Assembly: GCA_039586795.1 (NCBI GenBank)
Contig: JBDHJS010000017.1
Coordinates: forward strand, 51,168-115,167
Direction: 5' to 3'
DNA: 64,000 nt
Source of the DNA: Gemmatimonadota bacterium
GTDB lineage: Bacteria > Gemmatimonadota > Gemmatimonadetes > Palauibacterales > KS3-K002
Shown in pieces: positions 39,410 to 49,401 of this stretch; positions within the stretch are counted from its first letter, which is position 1, and the number at the start of each line of letters is the position of its first letter. The notes below the pieces were generated by a model, which was not told the DNA's origin, did not search any database, and saw nothing but the letters and a program-made list of their open reading frames with translations. The position numbers and the translations under genes were made by a program.

Positions 39410-41812
39410 ATGATTCAAGACATCCGTTACGCGATACGCCAACTCGCCCGACATCCTGGATTTACAGCCATCGCTATTCTGACCCTGGCGATTGGGATCG
39501 GGGCGAATACGTCGATCTTCAGCGCTGCCCGAGCGACGCTGTACCAGCCGCTTCCCTTCGAGCATGAGGATCGGCTTGTTCGGGTCTATCTGACGCCGGA
39601 GGCCGGCGGCCCGCTCATCAGTCTGCGGCCGGAAGTGTTTCTCGCCGTTCGCGACCGGGCGAGCTTTTTCGATCGGATTGTGGCGCAGCGCTTCACCAGT
39701 TTTGTGTTGTCCACCGACGCCGGACCCGAGCGCGTTGTTGGGATCGCGGTGTCGGAGGGGTGGTCCGAGACGCTGGGGGTGAGACCGATCCTCGGCCGGC
39801 CGTTCTCTCCTGAAGAAGAAGTCGCCGGCGAGGACGCGGGGGTCGCGTTGCTAAGTCACAGCGCCTGGCAGAATCGGTATGGCGGCACCGAGTCGGTCAT
39901 CGGGCAGACGGTCGTTCTGGATGGTCGCGCGCGTACCGTGGTCGGTGTGATGCCGCCCGGGTTCACGTATCCGTACGAAGCCGAGCTGTGGGTTCCGATG
40001 CGCGTGCGGGCGGGCCAGGCCGGAGTCTGGTCGTTCAACGTTCCGGCGCGTCTCAAGCCGGGCTGGACGGTGGAGCAGGCGCGGGCCGATCTGGCCTCCG
40101 TAGCTCAAGCCGCGTCATCCGAGGTGGCCGACCTGGCGCCGGGCACGACTCTCACCGCGGTTCCGATCCGCGAGGTGTTGGTGGGCGGCGAAGGTCGAAC
40201 GCTCATCGCGCTCTTGGCCGCCGTTGGATTCCTGCTGCTCATCGTCTGCGCGAACCTGGCCAACCTACTCCTGTCGCGAGCGCTGGGGCGGGGACGCGAG
40301 TTCGCCGTGCGCGCCGCGGTCGGCGCCGGTCGCACACGTCTGCTACGCCAGGTGCTGGTGGAGAGCGTGATCCTGGCGATCCTCGGTGGAGCCGCGGGGC
40401 TGATCGTGGCGACGATCGGTTTCGGACTAGTCGAGCCGCTTCTACCGCGACGCCTGCTGACCTACGTGGGGACGACGCCCGGTTTCGATTGGGCCGTTCT
40501 GATCTTCGTAACATTGGTATCGACAGCCAGCGGAGTGATCTTCGGGCTGGCCCCGGCGCTGCGGCTTTCCCACGAGCGCCCATTCTCCGCCCTTTACACC
40601 GCCGGTCGCGCCATCGGTGGGACGGGCGTCCGCCGGCTCGAGCGCGCGCTGGTGGTAGGTGAGCTGGCGCTGGCGCTCACACTGCTCAGCGGGATCGGGC
40701 TGATGCTCCGTGATTTCCAGCAGCTGCACCAGGCCGACCTCGGTTACGATCCCGCGGGCCTGCTCACCTTTGGCATCACCATGAGCGCGGAGGAGTACCC
40801 TGACGTAGAAGCTCGCACGGCATTTATGACGAGCGCGACAGAGGAGCTCGCTCGCGTCCCCGGCGTCGCCGGCGTGGGCGCGACCACGATGTTTCCTTCA
40901 TCCCGCGCCAACTCGGTGGCGGAAATCGTCATCGAGGGCCGTGAGTTGCGCCAGGGCGATGTGCCGCTGATCAACAGCCGGATGGTGACGCCGGGGTTCT
41001 TGCAGGCTGTTGGAATCCCGCTCCTCCAGGGTCGGGGTATCACGACCGCCGACCGAACAGACGCGCTCCCCGTGGTCGTGATCAGCGCGGGGTTGGCCAG
41101 ACGCTATTTCCCGAACGAGGATCCCATCGGCCGGCGCGTGAGGAACGGACGCTCCGGAGAGGACGCGCCGTGGATGACGATCGTCGGCGTGGTGGGCGAT
41201 GTTCGCGAGTTCTACGAGGTGGACGAGACCTGGTACACCCCGTACGCGCAAGGAGCGGGTTCGTTTCTGGGCGTGCGCGCGGTCTTCGCGGTGCGAAACG
41301 CCAGCCGCGTTTCGCCGGCTATCTCGTCGATGCGGGAAGCGATGGTCGCCGTCGACCGGAATCTTCCGATCTACAACGCTGTTACGGCCGAACAGCTGTA
41401 CGCGGTTTCGTACAGCCGCCAGGGCCAGGCGGCGATGTTGGGCAGTATCTTCGCCGGTTTCGCACTCCTGCTCGCCAGTATCGGGATCTACGGCTCTATA
41501 TCATATGGCGTTAGTCGTCGGACCCGGGAGTTCGGCGTTCGCATGGCGCTGGGCAGCGACCGCTCCATGATCCTACGCGGAGTAGCGGCCGAAGGCGGGA
41601 AGATGGTCCTCGCCGGAATGATCATCGGAGGAATCGGAGCGCTGATCCTTGCACGCTTCTTGTCGAGCGCGCTCACCGAGATCGGAGCATTCGATGTCAC
41701 GACCTTCGCCGTCTCATCGACCGTGCTGGCGACCGCAGCGCTGGGCGCAGTCCTGATCCCAGCCATCCGCGCCACGAGAATCGACCCAGTAGAAGCTCTA
41801 AGGCACGAGTGA
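39410..41812 (+). CDS. Duplicated MacB/FtsX-type ABC permease (ADOP-like), orphan
   Basis: QDIRYAIRQL..HPGFT, LAIGIGANTSIFS, CANLANLLL, REFAVRAAVGA, REFGVRMALG, RIDPVEALRHE. Confidence 0.93.
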   Translation: MIQDIRYAIRQLARHPGFTAIAILTLAIGIGANTSIFSAARATLYQPLPFEHEDRLVRVYLTPEAGGPLISLRPEVFLAVRDRASFFDRIVAQRFTSFVLSTDAGPERVVGIAVSEGWSETLGVRPILGRPFSPEEEVAGEDAGVALLSHSAWQNRYGGTESVIGQTVVLDGRARTVVGVMPPGFTYPYEAELWVPMRVRAGQAGVWSFNVPARLKPGWTVEQARADLASVAQAASSEVADLAPGTTLTAVPIREVLVGGEGRTLIALLAAVGFLLLIVCANLANLLLSRALGRGREFAVRAAVGAGRTRLLRQVLVESVILAILGGAAGLIVATIGFGLVEPLLPRRLLTYVGTTPGFDWAVLIFVTLVSTASGVIFGLAPALRLSHERPFSALYTAGRAIGGTGVRRLERALVVGELALALTLLSGIGLMLRDFQQLHQADLGYDPAGLLTFGITMSAEEYPDVEARTAFMTSATEELARVPGVAGVGATTMFPSSRANSVAEIVIEGRELRQGDVPLINSRMVTPGFLQAVGIPLLQGRGITTADRTDALPVVVISAGLARRYFPNEDPIGRRVRNGRSGEDAPWMTIVGVVGDVREFYEVDETWYTPYAQGAGSFLGVRAVFAVRNASRVSPAISSMREAMVAVDRNLPIYNAVTAEQLYAVSYSRQGQAAMLGSIFAGFALLLASIGIYGSISYGVSRRTREFGVRMALGSDRSMILRGVAAEGGKMVLAGMIIGGIGALILARFLSSALTEIGAFDVTTFAVSSTVLATAALGAVLIPAIRATRIDPVEALRHE

Positions 41813-41822
41813 TATCTGACGG

Positions 41823-41845
41823 GGGCGACGACGGGGCGTTGACGT
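41823..41845 (+). repeat. 23-bp direct repeat, copy 2
   Basis: gggcgacgacggggcgttgacgt, identical to 39305-39327. Confidence 0.85.
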
Positions 41846-41911
41846 TGTCGACGACGGGAAGCTAGGCGAGCGGGTTCAACGGATCGTCATCGTGATGCTG
41901 GGGGTTCTCTT

Positions 41912-42397
41912 TCAGCTGTTGGGTTCGTAGTTGGCGAAATGAATGTGGGCGATGCGATAGCGGTCGTCGGTCCAGGTGTACACGATCGTCATCGGGCCGC
42001 GCTGGACGCTGTCCGGTGGCGCCGTTCGATCACCGAACAGCCAGACCGCGGTGACGACGGCGGTCGAGCCGAAAACGCTGCTCTGCACATCCTCCACCCA
42101 TAGCTGCTGCTCGGCCTCGGCACCGCCAGCGACGAAGCCAAAGCCTTCGTGATGCTCGCGTACGGCAGCTGGTCCCTTAATGAGCCCCTCATACTCGGAA
42201 GAGAAATAGGTCACCCTCGAGTCATCTAGGAACAACTCGTCAAGCCGGTCTAGATCACGCGTGTTCCACAATTCGACCCACGCCGCAATGTGGACGTTCG
42301 CGTCAAAGCTCTCCGGAACCTGTTCTCGATTGGGGGCGCTACATGATAGAGTGAGGAAGACGATCGGGAGAAAAGGAACAGCGGACCGCTGATGCAT
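41912..42397 (-). CDS. NTF2/SnoaL-like lipoprotein
   Basis: TLSC lipobox; WNTRDLDRL, TAVVTAVW, YRIAHIHF. Confidence 0.75.
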   Translation of the reverse strand: MHQRSAVPFLPIVFLTLSCSAPNREQVPESFDANVHIAAWVELWNTRDLDRLDELFLDDSRVTYFSSEYEGLIKGPAAVREHHEGFGFVAGGAEAEQQLWVEDVQSSVFGSTAVVTAVWLFGDRTAPPDSVQRGPMTIVYTWTDDRYRIAHIHFANYEPNS

Positions 42398-42405
42398 GAG
42401 GCCTC

Positions 42406-42768
42406 CTAGTCAGGCTCCTCGTAGAGTTCCAGCTCACGTGCCACGGTGACCAGCGGCCGATCTAGCGTCCACAAGCCGACGTTCGCCAGCCGGGCCGCGG
42501 CCAGGAGATGAGCGTCAATCCAACCGATCCCCGTCCCGGCCAGACGGTTGGATTCCACAAAGGCCATCACCTCATCGTGTCCCGCCAGTGGGGCGTGTGG
42601 CAAGGCCGACAGCAAACCCAAGATCTCGGACCGGTCTTCCAATCGACCGCATGCGAGCTCGCCGACAACGAACGGATGGCACCAGACCTCCCTCTCGCTC
42701 AACTGTCGGGCGAGGGATGCGTTGCCGCGACGAAAGTGGTCGATCCACACCGAGGTGTCGACCAGCAA
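42406..42768 (-). CDS. vapC: VapC PIN-domain toxin
   Basis: LVDTSVWIDH, VVGELACG, IGWIDAHLLA, LWTLDR. Confidence 0.92.
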   Translation of the reverse strand: MLVDTSVWIDHFRRGNASLARQLSEREVWCHPFVVGELACGRLEDRSEILGLLSALPHAPLAGHDEVMAFVESNRLAGTGIGWIDAHLLAAARLANVGLWTLDRPLVTVARELELYEEPD

Positions 42769-42969
42769 CTATCCTTCCTCACTCGGTCGCCGACGGCGAA
42801 TCGGCTCGAGCTGACTCTGGCTCGCTCCGAGCGCCGCCAGGCGTCGGGCACTTTCCCGGGCGATCAAGGCTCGCAGACCCGCATGGATCACGGCCGTCTT
42901 CCCTGCCACGCCGCTCAACCGCTGGGCCTCCTTCAAGAGCTCGTCGTCTAGATTCAACGTCGTCCTCAT
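42769..42969 (-). CDS. vapB: VapB antitoxin
   Basis: MRTTLNLDDELL...KTAVIHAGLRALIARESARRLAALG; adjacent to vapC. Confidence 0.9.
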   Translation of the reverse strand: MRTTLNLDDELLKEAQRLSGVAGKTAVIHAGLRALIARESARRLAALGASQSQLEPIRRRRPSEEG

Positions 42970-42995
42970 GCATATAAATATGCATTAATTATGCA
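42968..42995. promoter_or_regulatory. vapBC operator palindromes
   Basis: atgcatat-aa-atatgcat (42968-42985) overlapping tgcat-taatt-atgca (42981-42995), abutting the vapB start. Confidence 0.65.
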
Positions 42996-43439
42996 GATTC
43001 AGCCAGTCGGACCATCCTCTCTGACCACAGTCTGGTCACCGCTTCTCAATCGATCGTCAACCGACTGCCCTTCTCAGAGGACGCGCCGCACACAGCTCCC
43101 GCCCCTCAGCATGGAGTCGGATCGCCTTAGAGACTATTAGGGCACTCCGGGGCCTGTTTCCGCGTTGTTCGTTTCGATCGTCGGACTTGACGTGGGCCAG
43201 AAATGCACGGCTCAACTGCGTCTCGAGGACGTCGGCGGATATCGGGCCTCAGCTCAGACTAAGCCAGCCTTGATGTTGAGGGCCGTCATCCGCATAGTAT
43301 GCCGCGATCACCGAATCCAGACTAAAGAACTCTCAGGAAGTCGCCGACATCGAAGCGGGTCGGATACACTGACCTGCGAAGGAGATTGGCGTAGGGGACC
43401 AACGCCCAGAAGACAGGAACACCAAACAAGGAGGCAGTC

Positions 43440-43997
43440 ATGCAGTCCAATGCACACCGCGTCGGCGTTGCAGCGCTGACCGCGATTTTGGCCCTGAGCG
43501 TCGCACCATGGGCGGCCGCTCAAGAAGAGCAGCAACAGCAGCCTCAGACGCTGCCACCCAGCACCAATCCGACGAATCGGGTCATCTACCCGGCCGAGGG
43601 CCAGGACGAGCAGCAGCAGATGTCGGATCAGCTCGAGTGCTACCGCTGGGCCACGCAGCAGACGAACTGGGATCCCTATCAGGCCTATGACGTGCTGGTC
43701 CAGAAGGGGTACGTAGCGCAGCAGAGCGCCGAGCAAGCCCAGGGCGGCCTGATCAGAGGGGCGGCGGGAGGCGCGGTAGCGGGTGTCGCCATCGGAGCTA
43801 TCGCCGGCGACGCCGGCAAGGGCGCGGCAATCGGCGCGGTCGCCGGCGGCCTGGCCGGCGGATCCCGGTCGCGACGGGCACAGCAACAGGCGCAGTCTGA
43901 AATGCAGGCAGAGATCGACGCGTTCAATGCCCAGTTGCAGAAGTGGGATCGTAACTACGTCGCCTGCATGCAGGCACGCGACTACGTCGTGAATTAG
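43440..43997 (+). CDS. Secreted glycine-zipper (YMGG-like) protein
   Basis: GGAGG RBS; signal peptide; IYPAEGQ..QQ..D..ECY.WA, GAAGGAVAG..GAIAGDAGKGAAIG, ACMQARDY. Confidence 0.85.
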   Translation: MQSNAHRVGVAALTAILALSVAPWAAAQEEQQQQPQTLPPSTNPTNRVIYPAEGQDEQQQMSDQLECYRWATQQTNWDPYQAYDVLVQKGYVAQQSAEQAQGGLIRGAAGGAVAGVAIGAIAGDAGKGAAIGAVAGGLAGGSRSRRAQQQAQSEMQAEIDAFNAQLQKWDRNYVACMQARDYVVN

Positions 43998-44040
43998 ACG
44001 CTTCGTCACGAACGATTCGGCCCAACGTACGGAGGCATCG

Positions 44041-44469
44041 ATGTTAGGACTTATAGGAGTGATTGCCGCGGCGGCCCTCACGCCAGTCATCATGGCAGCC
44101 CCGGACCCCGGCAGCCAGGCGGACCAGTATGTCTGTTCGCTGACCAAGGGTATCGAGTGCGACGGCGACCTGAATTGCGGACCTCCCGCGCCACAACAAC
44201 CCAAACCCACGTTCATCCACCTGGACCTCGACGACAATCAAGTAACCCTTCTGGCGCCACCCGAGCGTAGAGGCGAAGTGACTCAGATCGGCGACATGAA
44301 GCGCGAAGACGGTCAATTGATCCTGAGCGGCATCGAGGCCGGACGGGGCTGGAGCCTGAACATGTCCGAGTCGACGGGCAACATGTCGATCACCATCAAC
44401 TTCGGTGACGCGGCCTGGATCGTTTTCGGCCAGTGTATCGCGGAGGACATGGCATCACCGCGGGGATAA
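44041..44469 (+). CDS. Secreted hypothetical protein with conserved-looking Cys residues
   Basis: GGAGG RBS; signal peptide; YVC..IEC..NC, PTFIHLD, GRGWS, FGQC. Confidence 0.7.
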   Translation: MLGLIGVIAAAALTPVIMAAPDPGSQADQYVCSLTKGIECDGDLNCGPPAPQQPKPTFIHLDLDDNQVTLLAPPERRGEVTQIGDMKREDGQLILSGIEAGRGWSLNMSESTGNMSITINFGDAAWIVFGQCIAEDMASPRG

Positions 44470-44605
44470 TCACAACAGAAGGTCGATACACCGGTTGACG
44501 CAGGCTCGCCACTATGATCACGGTGGTGAGCCGCAGTCGCTTGGCAGCCGATAGCCTCACAGCTAGGCGCCCAGCGACGAGAACACGAACGGAGTTGTAA
44601 CAACC

Positions 44606-45748
44606 ATGAGTCGAGAGACAGCCGGAAGTATCTCGCGTCGAGCGTTCGTGAAGGCCACCTCTCTGGCCGGCGCCGCCGTAGCCGGCGCGACCTCGCTGAG
44701 CGCAGTGGGGTGCGCGTCCGACGACCAGAGGTCCGGCAGCGACGGGCGACTGTCCATCCGGATCGCGGGATACCCTTACGACCGTGTTCAGTCACTGGTG
44801 GCCGGCGACGTGAGTGTGGAAGGCGCCGATGTTCGGTTTACACCCTCGAACATCTACGACCTCAATCGCATGGCCATGGGTGGCGACCAGGAATGGGAAG
44901 TCCAGGAGATCGGTCTCCATCCATACATGTTGGCATACGCCAACAACGCATTCCGCGACTACACCTTGATCCCGGTCTTTACCCTTCGGACCTTCCGCCA
45001 CAAGAGCATCTTCATCCGCACCGACCGGGGCATCAACGCTCCCGAGGACCTGCGTGGCAAGACGGTGGCGGTTGCGGGCTACTCGCAGAGCTCGCTGGTC
45101 TGGATCCGCGGGATCCTGCAGCACGAATACGGCGTTACTCCCCAAGACATGCAGTGGGTTATTGCGGTCGCGAGCTCGGACAGCGGCACGGCATCCGGCA
45201 ACGAAGTCGTCGTCCCTGAAGGGATCGACTATCGAATCGGCCCGGCGAGAACGGACGAATCCGACCTGCTGGAATCCGGCGAAGTCGACGCCGTCTTTTC
45301 CGCGGTCGAACCACGAGGATACGTCGAGGGCGATCCTACAATCGACCGCCTGTTCTCGGACTATCGCACGGCCGAACGCAACTACTTCGCGGCCACGGGG
45401 ATTTTCCCCATCATGCACGCGGTCGCGATGCGCAACGACGTCGTCGAAGCTAACCCCGGGTTGCCCAAAGCCGTGTTCGAGGCCTATTGCCAAGCCAAGC
45501 ACCAGATGTACCAGGAAATGCACAAACTCGGCTGGGCCATGATCTCGCTGCCCTGGGTGGGCAAGGAACTCGAGGACACCCGGGAGCTGATGGGCGACAA
45601 CTACTGGCCCTACGGCATAGCCGAGAACCGCAACGTCCTCGAGGCCGTGTTCCTGTACTCCTACGAGCAGGGGCTCTCCAGTCGCCAACTGACTATCGAG
45701 GAGCTGTTCCATCCAACCACTTTGGAGCTACGAGACACACCGTCTTGA
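44606..45748 (+). CDS. Tat-exported 4,5-dihydroxyphthalate decarboxylase-like / ABC solute-binding-fold lipoprotein
   Basis: SRRAFVK Tat motif and AVGC lipobox; YDRV, PVF.LRTFRH, VWIRGIL, GIFPIMH, YWPYG, YEQGL. Confidence 0.8.
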   Translation: MSRETAGSISRRAFVKATSLAGAAVAGATSLSAVGCASDDQRSGSDGRLSIRIAGYPYDRVQSLVAGDVSVEGADVRFTPSNIYDLNRMAMGGDQEWEVQEIGLHPYMLAYANNAFRDYTLIPVFTLRTFRHKSIFIRTDRGINAPEDLRGKTVAVAGYSQSSLVWIRGILQHEYGVTPQDMQWVIAVASSDSGTASGNEVVVPEGIDYRIGPARTDESDLLESGEVDAVFSAVEPRGYVEGDPTIDRLFSDYRTAERNYFAATGIFPIMHAVAMRNDVVEANPGLPKAVFEAYCQAKHQMYQEMHKLGWAMISLPWVGKELEDTRELMGDNYWPYGIAENRNVLEAVFLYSYEQGLSSRQLTIEELFHPTTLELRDTPS

Positions 45749-45786
45749 TACTAAGTCGAGAATTCACCCTGTATGAAGGAGATCGA

Positions 45787-47535
45787 ATGATGCTGAGGTT
45801 TCTGAAATTTTGCGGCCTGTTCCTGCTGGCCAGCGCCTGGATCGCGGTCCCCGGCGCTGAAGCCCAGGACGGCTCGCGGATCGTGCACGACGCCGAGTAC
45901 TACATCATCGAGGCCCAGAACGCCGAGCGTTGGGCGGCCGAGGATGAGGCGCTCGACGCCCGGCTGGCCGAGCTGCGGCAGCAGTACGGAAGACCGCCAA
46001 ACATCATCCACCTGATGTTCGACGACCAGCCGGTGATGTCGTTCGGCGACCCGATCTACCAGAAGATCCGGGGCTACGAGACGCCGCACATGAACAGGCT
46101 GGCGGCGGAGGGCATGCTCTTCGCCCGCATGTACACCGAGCCCGGTTGCACCCCGACTCGCTCTGCTGTCACAACGGGCCAGCATCCGATTCGCAACGGC
46201 GTGTACGAGATCGGCTTCCCCATCGAGTATCGAGGCATGGCGTCGAAGAACGTGACCCTCGCCGAGGTCATGTCGGAGGCCGGCTATGCGACTGCCTTTT
46301 ACGGCAAGCTGCACCTGGGCGACGTGGAGCAGTCCTACCCCCACAACCAGGGCTACGACGAGGCCCTTTGGGCTGTCTACAACCAGGTCCTTAGCCTCTG
46401 GGTTCCGGAGGCCGAGGCCGCGAACGCCGTGCTCGGATTGCACGAAGAGCTGCTCGCCGAGAATCCCTACAAGCTAGACAACTCCTTCGTTCAGAAGGGA
46501 TACTTGGGGTACCTCGAGGGAGTGAAGGGCGAGCTGGCGGAGGAGTGGTGCGGGACGACGAAGGATTGCTACGACCGTTTCGACCTTGAAGCGCAAGAGC
46601 GGGCGCTCGCATTCATCCGCCGCAACGCTGAAGCCGAGCGGCCCTTCTTCCTCTCCTGGTGGCCGCAGTGGACGAGCTTCATCCCGCAGCCGATGAAGAG
46701 TTCTCTGCAGCGCGGTCTCGTCGGAGACGGTTATCAGACATTCCTCGATCCCGCGGTCGCCGCGCTTGTAGAGACACTCCGTGACCTTGGCATCGCCGAG
46801 AACACGCTCGTAGTCCTCATGGCGGACAACGGCCCGATGACTCACAACCCACCTCCAGGCGTCGGCATGGGCGAAGGCATATTTCGGGGCGGAAAGGGCG
46901 ATTTTCTCGAGGGCGGCGTGCGAGTTAGCGCCGCGGCCTGGTGGCCGGGCACCATCGAACCGGGCCAGGTGTCTGGCGACATCATTCACATCACCGACCT
47001 GTACACGACGTTCGCTCGTTTGGGCGGCGCCATGCAGTACATACCCACCGATCGCGTGATCGACGGAATCGACCAGACGTCGCTGCTGCTCAACGGAGAC
47101 ACCTATGGGCGCCGCGACTATGTGTTCATCTACGCCGGACCGGAGCTTGCCGCCACGGTGAAGGATCACTACAAGCGGCACTGGTTCGCAGATCCCCTGC
47201 AGGCGGCGAGCGGAATCGGGGCGGCGTACTTCGATTTGTACAACGATCCCCGCGAGGAAGTCCCGCTCCTGATCAACTTGCTACACTTAAAGGAGGCGTT
47301 CAATCGGATGCGGGCGCGCCACGAATTGTGGATCGAGAAGTATCCGAATTTCGAGGAAGCCCGCGGTCCCGCCTACACCGGCATCTCGAACGCGCGTCCG
47401 GAGACCATGGCGCTGTCGAACCCGCCTGCCTGGCTGAGAAATCTGCCGTTCGACCCGCTCCAGTACATCGAGCACCTGGACGAGCTGCCGTTCGATCCGA
47501 CTGGTGAGCCGGATCCCAGAGGTGGGGGCGAGTAG
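45787..47535 (+). CDS. Secreted formylglycine-dependent sulfatase
   Basis: Signal peptide; PNIIHLMFDD, CTPTRSAVTTG, GKLHLG, ADNGP, EGGVRV. Confidence 0.9.
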   Translation: MMLRFLKFCGLFLLASAWIAVPGAEAQDGSRIVHDAEYYIIEAQNAERWAAEDEALDARLAELRQQYGRPPNIIHLMFDDQPVMSFGDPIYQKIRGYETPHMNRLAAEGMLFARMYTEPGCTPTRSAVTTGQHPIRNGVYEIGFPIEYRGMASKNVTLAEVMSEAGYATAFYGKLHLGDVEQSYPHNQGYDEALWAVYNQVLSLWVPEAEAANAVLGLHEELLAENPYKLDNSFVQKGYLGYLEGVKGELAEEWCGTTKDCYDRFDLEAQERALAFIRRNAEAERPFFLSWWPQWTSFIPQPMKSSLQRGLVGDGYQTFLDPAVAALVETLRDLGIAENTLVVLMADNGPMTHNPPPGVGMGEGIFRGGKGDFLEGGVRVSAAAWWPGTIEPGQVSGDIIHITDLYTTFARLGGAMQYIPTDRVIDGIDQTSLLLNGDTYGRRDYVFIYAGPELAATVKDHYKRHWFADPLQAASGIGAAYFDLYNDPREEVPLLINLLHLKEAFNRMRARHELWIEKYPNFEEARGPAYTGISNARPETMALSNPPAWLRNLPFDPLQYIEHLDELPFDPTGEPDPRGGGE

Positions 47536-47589
47536 AGCGGGGACAAAGGGACATAACCCTTTCTGCGCAGCAGATAGCCAGCATGACAA

Positions 47590-47630
47590 CCGCCCCGCCG
47601 CCCAGGCCGGCGGGGCGGCTTCTTTCTACT
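47590..47630 (+). terminator. Probable intrinsic terminator
   Basis: ccgccccgccg-loop-cggcggggcgg followed by cttctttct. Confidence 0.65.
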
Positions 47631-47652
47631 TAGACGACTCGAAAAACGGGAA

Positions 47653-49362
47653 ATGAAGACAGACACGAGCGCAATCAGCTGGGCGCACAGCGGACTCAGG
47701 AGCGTCGCGGGTGTGCTGGTGGTCGCTGTCGCCGCTTGCGGCACGCCACGGCCCGATGACGCTCAGCCCCCGAAGCTGGTGCTACAGCTAACCGTAGACG
47801 GCCTGCGGGCCGACCTGCTGGCGCGCTACGCGGATCGGTTCGGGGATGGCGGCTTTCGCTATCTGCTGGACAACGGAACCGTCTACGCCAACGCGCACTA
47901 TCAGCACTCCAACACCGAGACCATAGTCGGACACGCGACGCTCTCCACGGGTGCCCAACCTTCGGTGCACGGTTTGATAGGCAATGTCTGGTACGATGCC
48001 GAGGCAGGGGAGCTGTCATACAACATCGAAGATCAAGAGCACCCGCTCTTGCCCGTTCGTTCCGACGAGATGGTCGGCGACCAGGTCGATCCGGCTCAGC
48101 AGTTGGCGCGGACACAGGGACGCTCGCCAGTCGTACTGCTCGCCGAAACGCTCGGCGACAAGCTCACATCGTACACAGGCGGACGAGCCAAGGTGTTCGG
48201 CGTTTCGGGCAAGGATCGCAGTGCCGTGGCCATGGCCGGACACTCGGGAAAGGCGTTCTGGTTCTCGACCAACAGCGGGGACTTCGTAAGCTCCACGTGG
48301 TACTACGACGCGTATCCCACCTGGGTCGCGGACTGGAACGGCGAGCGCAAGGCCGATCGTTATGCGGGAACGGAGTGGACGCTGTTGGAGGGCGCTCCCG
48401 ACTCGTATCTGCTGGGTCATCAGGACGACCGGCCGTACGAGACCGATCTCCGCGGTTACGGCCGGACGTTCCCGCACCGGTTCGGCGAAGCCGGAGACCC
48501 ATTACTCTTCACGCAGTTGGTCGTGAGCCCCGTCGGCGATCAACTGCTTGCCGATTTCGCCAAGAGCCTGGTTACAAACGAGGGCCTGGGTCAGGACGAT
48601 ATCCCCGACTACCTGTCGGTGAGCTTCTCCGGCATCGACGCGGTGAATCATTTCTTCGGTCCATCGAGCCTGGAGAACGAGGACGCGGTGCTTCAGCTAG
48701 ATCGTACGGTCGCGGACTTCATCGCGTTCATCGATGAAATTGTGGGACTGGAAAGCACGGTCATCGTGCTGTCTGCCGATCACGGCGCGGCGGAGATGCC
48801 GGAGTACATGACCGAACTTGGCTACGAGGCTGGACGTCTGGTCCCGCGTGTCATCATCGACAAAGCGAACATGATCGGACGGTCAGAGTTTGGTATCGAC
48901 GAGATCGTTCGCTTCTACTATCGACCCTATCTGTATCTCGATGATGCCAAGATCGCGGCGGCGGGTCTGAGCAAGGTGGCCGTGAAGGACTCGATCGCCC
49001 GCCTGCTGACGCTCGAGCCGGGTATCCACCTCGCCGCCACGCCGAACTCGGTCGAGCGGCTGCCGAACTCGAAACTGCTCGAGCAAATTCGAAACAACTA
49101 CTACGCGCCGCGGGCCGGTGACATCTACGTCGTGCAGGACCCGTATTGGTTCAACTTCGACGAGGGTCCCGTGGTGGCGATGCATGGTTCCCCCTGGAGC
49201 TATGACACGCACGTGCCGATCATCTTTGTTGGTGACGGGATTCCCGCACAGGTGATTCATCGCCGGGTGCAGCCGGCGGACGTGGCTCCTACGCTGGCGA
49301 TGATATTGGGGATGTCACCGCCGGCGTCGGCTCAGGGGACTCTTTTGCATGAGGTATTCTGA
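47653..49362 (+). CDS. Alkaline phosphatase superfamily lipoprotein (PafA/PhoK-like)
   Basis: VAAC lipobox; VDGLRAD, TETIVGHATLSTG (Thr nucleophile), KDRSA, DAVNHFFGP, SADHG, HGSPWSYDTHVP. Confidence 0.9.
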   Translation: MKTDTSAISWAHSGLRSVAGVLVVAVAACGTPRPDDAQPPKLVLQLTVDGLRADLLARYADRFGDGGFRYLLDNGTVYANAHYQHSNTETIVGHATLSTGAQPSVHGLIGNVWYDAEAGELSYNIEDQEHPLLPVRSDEMVGDQVDPAQQLARTQGRSPVVLLAETLGDKLTSYTGGRAKVFGVSGKDRSAVAMAGHSGKAFWFSTNSGDFVSSTWYYDAYPTWVADWNGERKADRYAGTEWTLLEGAPDSYLLGHQDDRPYETDLRGYGRTFPHRFGEAGDPLLFTQLVVSPVGDQLLADFAKSLVTNEGLGQDDIPDYLSVSFSGIDAVNHFFGPSSLENEDAVLQLDRTVADFIAFIDEIVGLESTVIVLSADHGAAEMPEYMTELGYEAGRLVPRVIIDKANMIGRSEFGIDEIVRFYYRPYLYLDDAKIAAAGLSKVAVKDSIARLLTLEPGIHLAATPNSVERLPNSKLLEQIRNNYYAPRAGDIYVVQDPYWFNFDEGPVVAMHGSPWSYDTHVPIIFVGDGIPAQVIHRRVQPADVAPTLAMILGMSPPASAQGTLLHEVF

Positions 49363-49401
49363 GAAGCGGCACTAAACATCAGATGGTGGGAGGTAGCACG
49401 G

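Noticed and set aside
43000..43430. Long intergenic region between vapB and the Gly-zipper gene (104-aa ORF at 43165)
   Set aside because: No convincing coding signal, repeat or RNA motif
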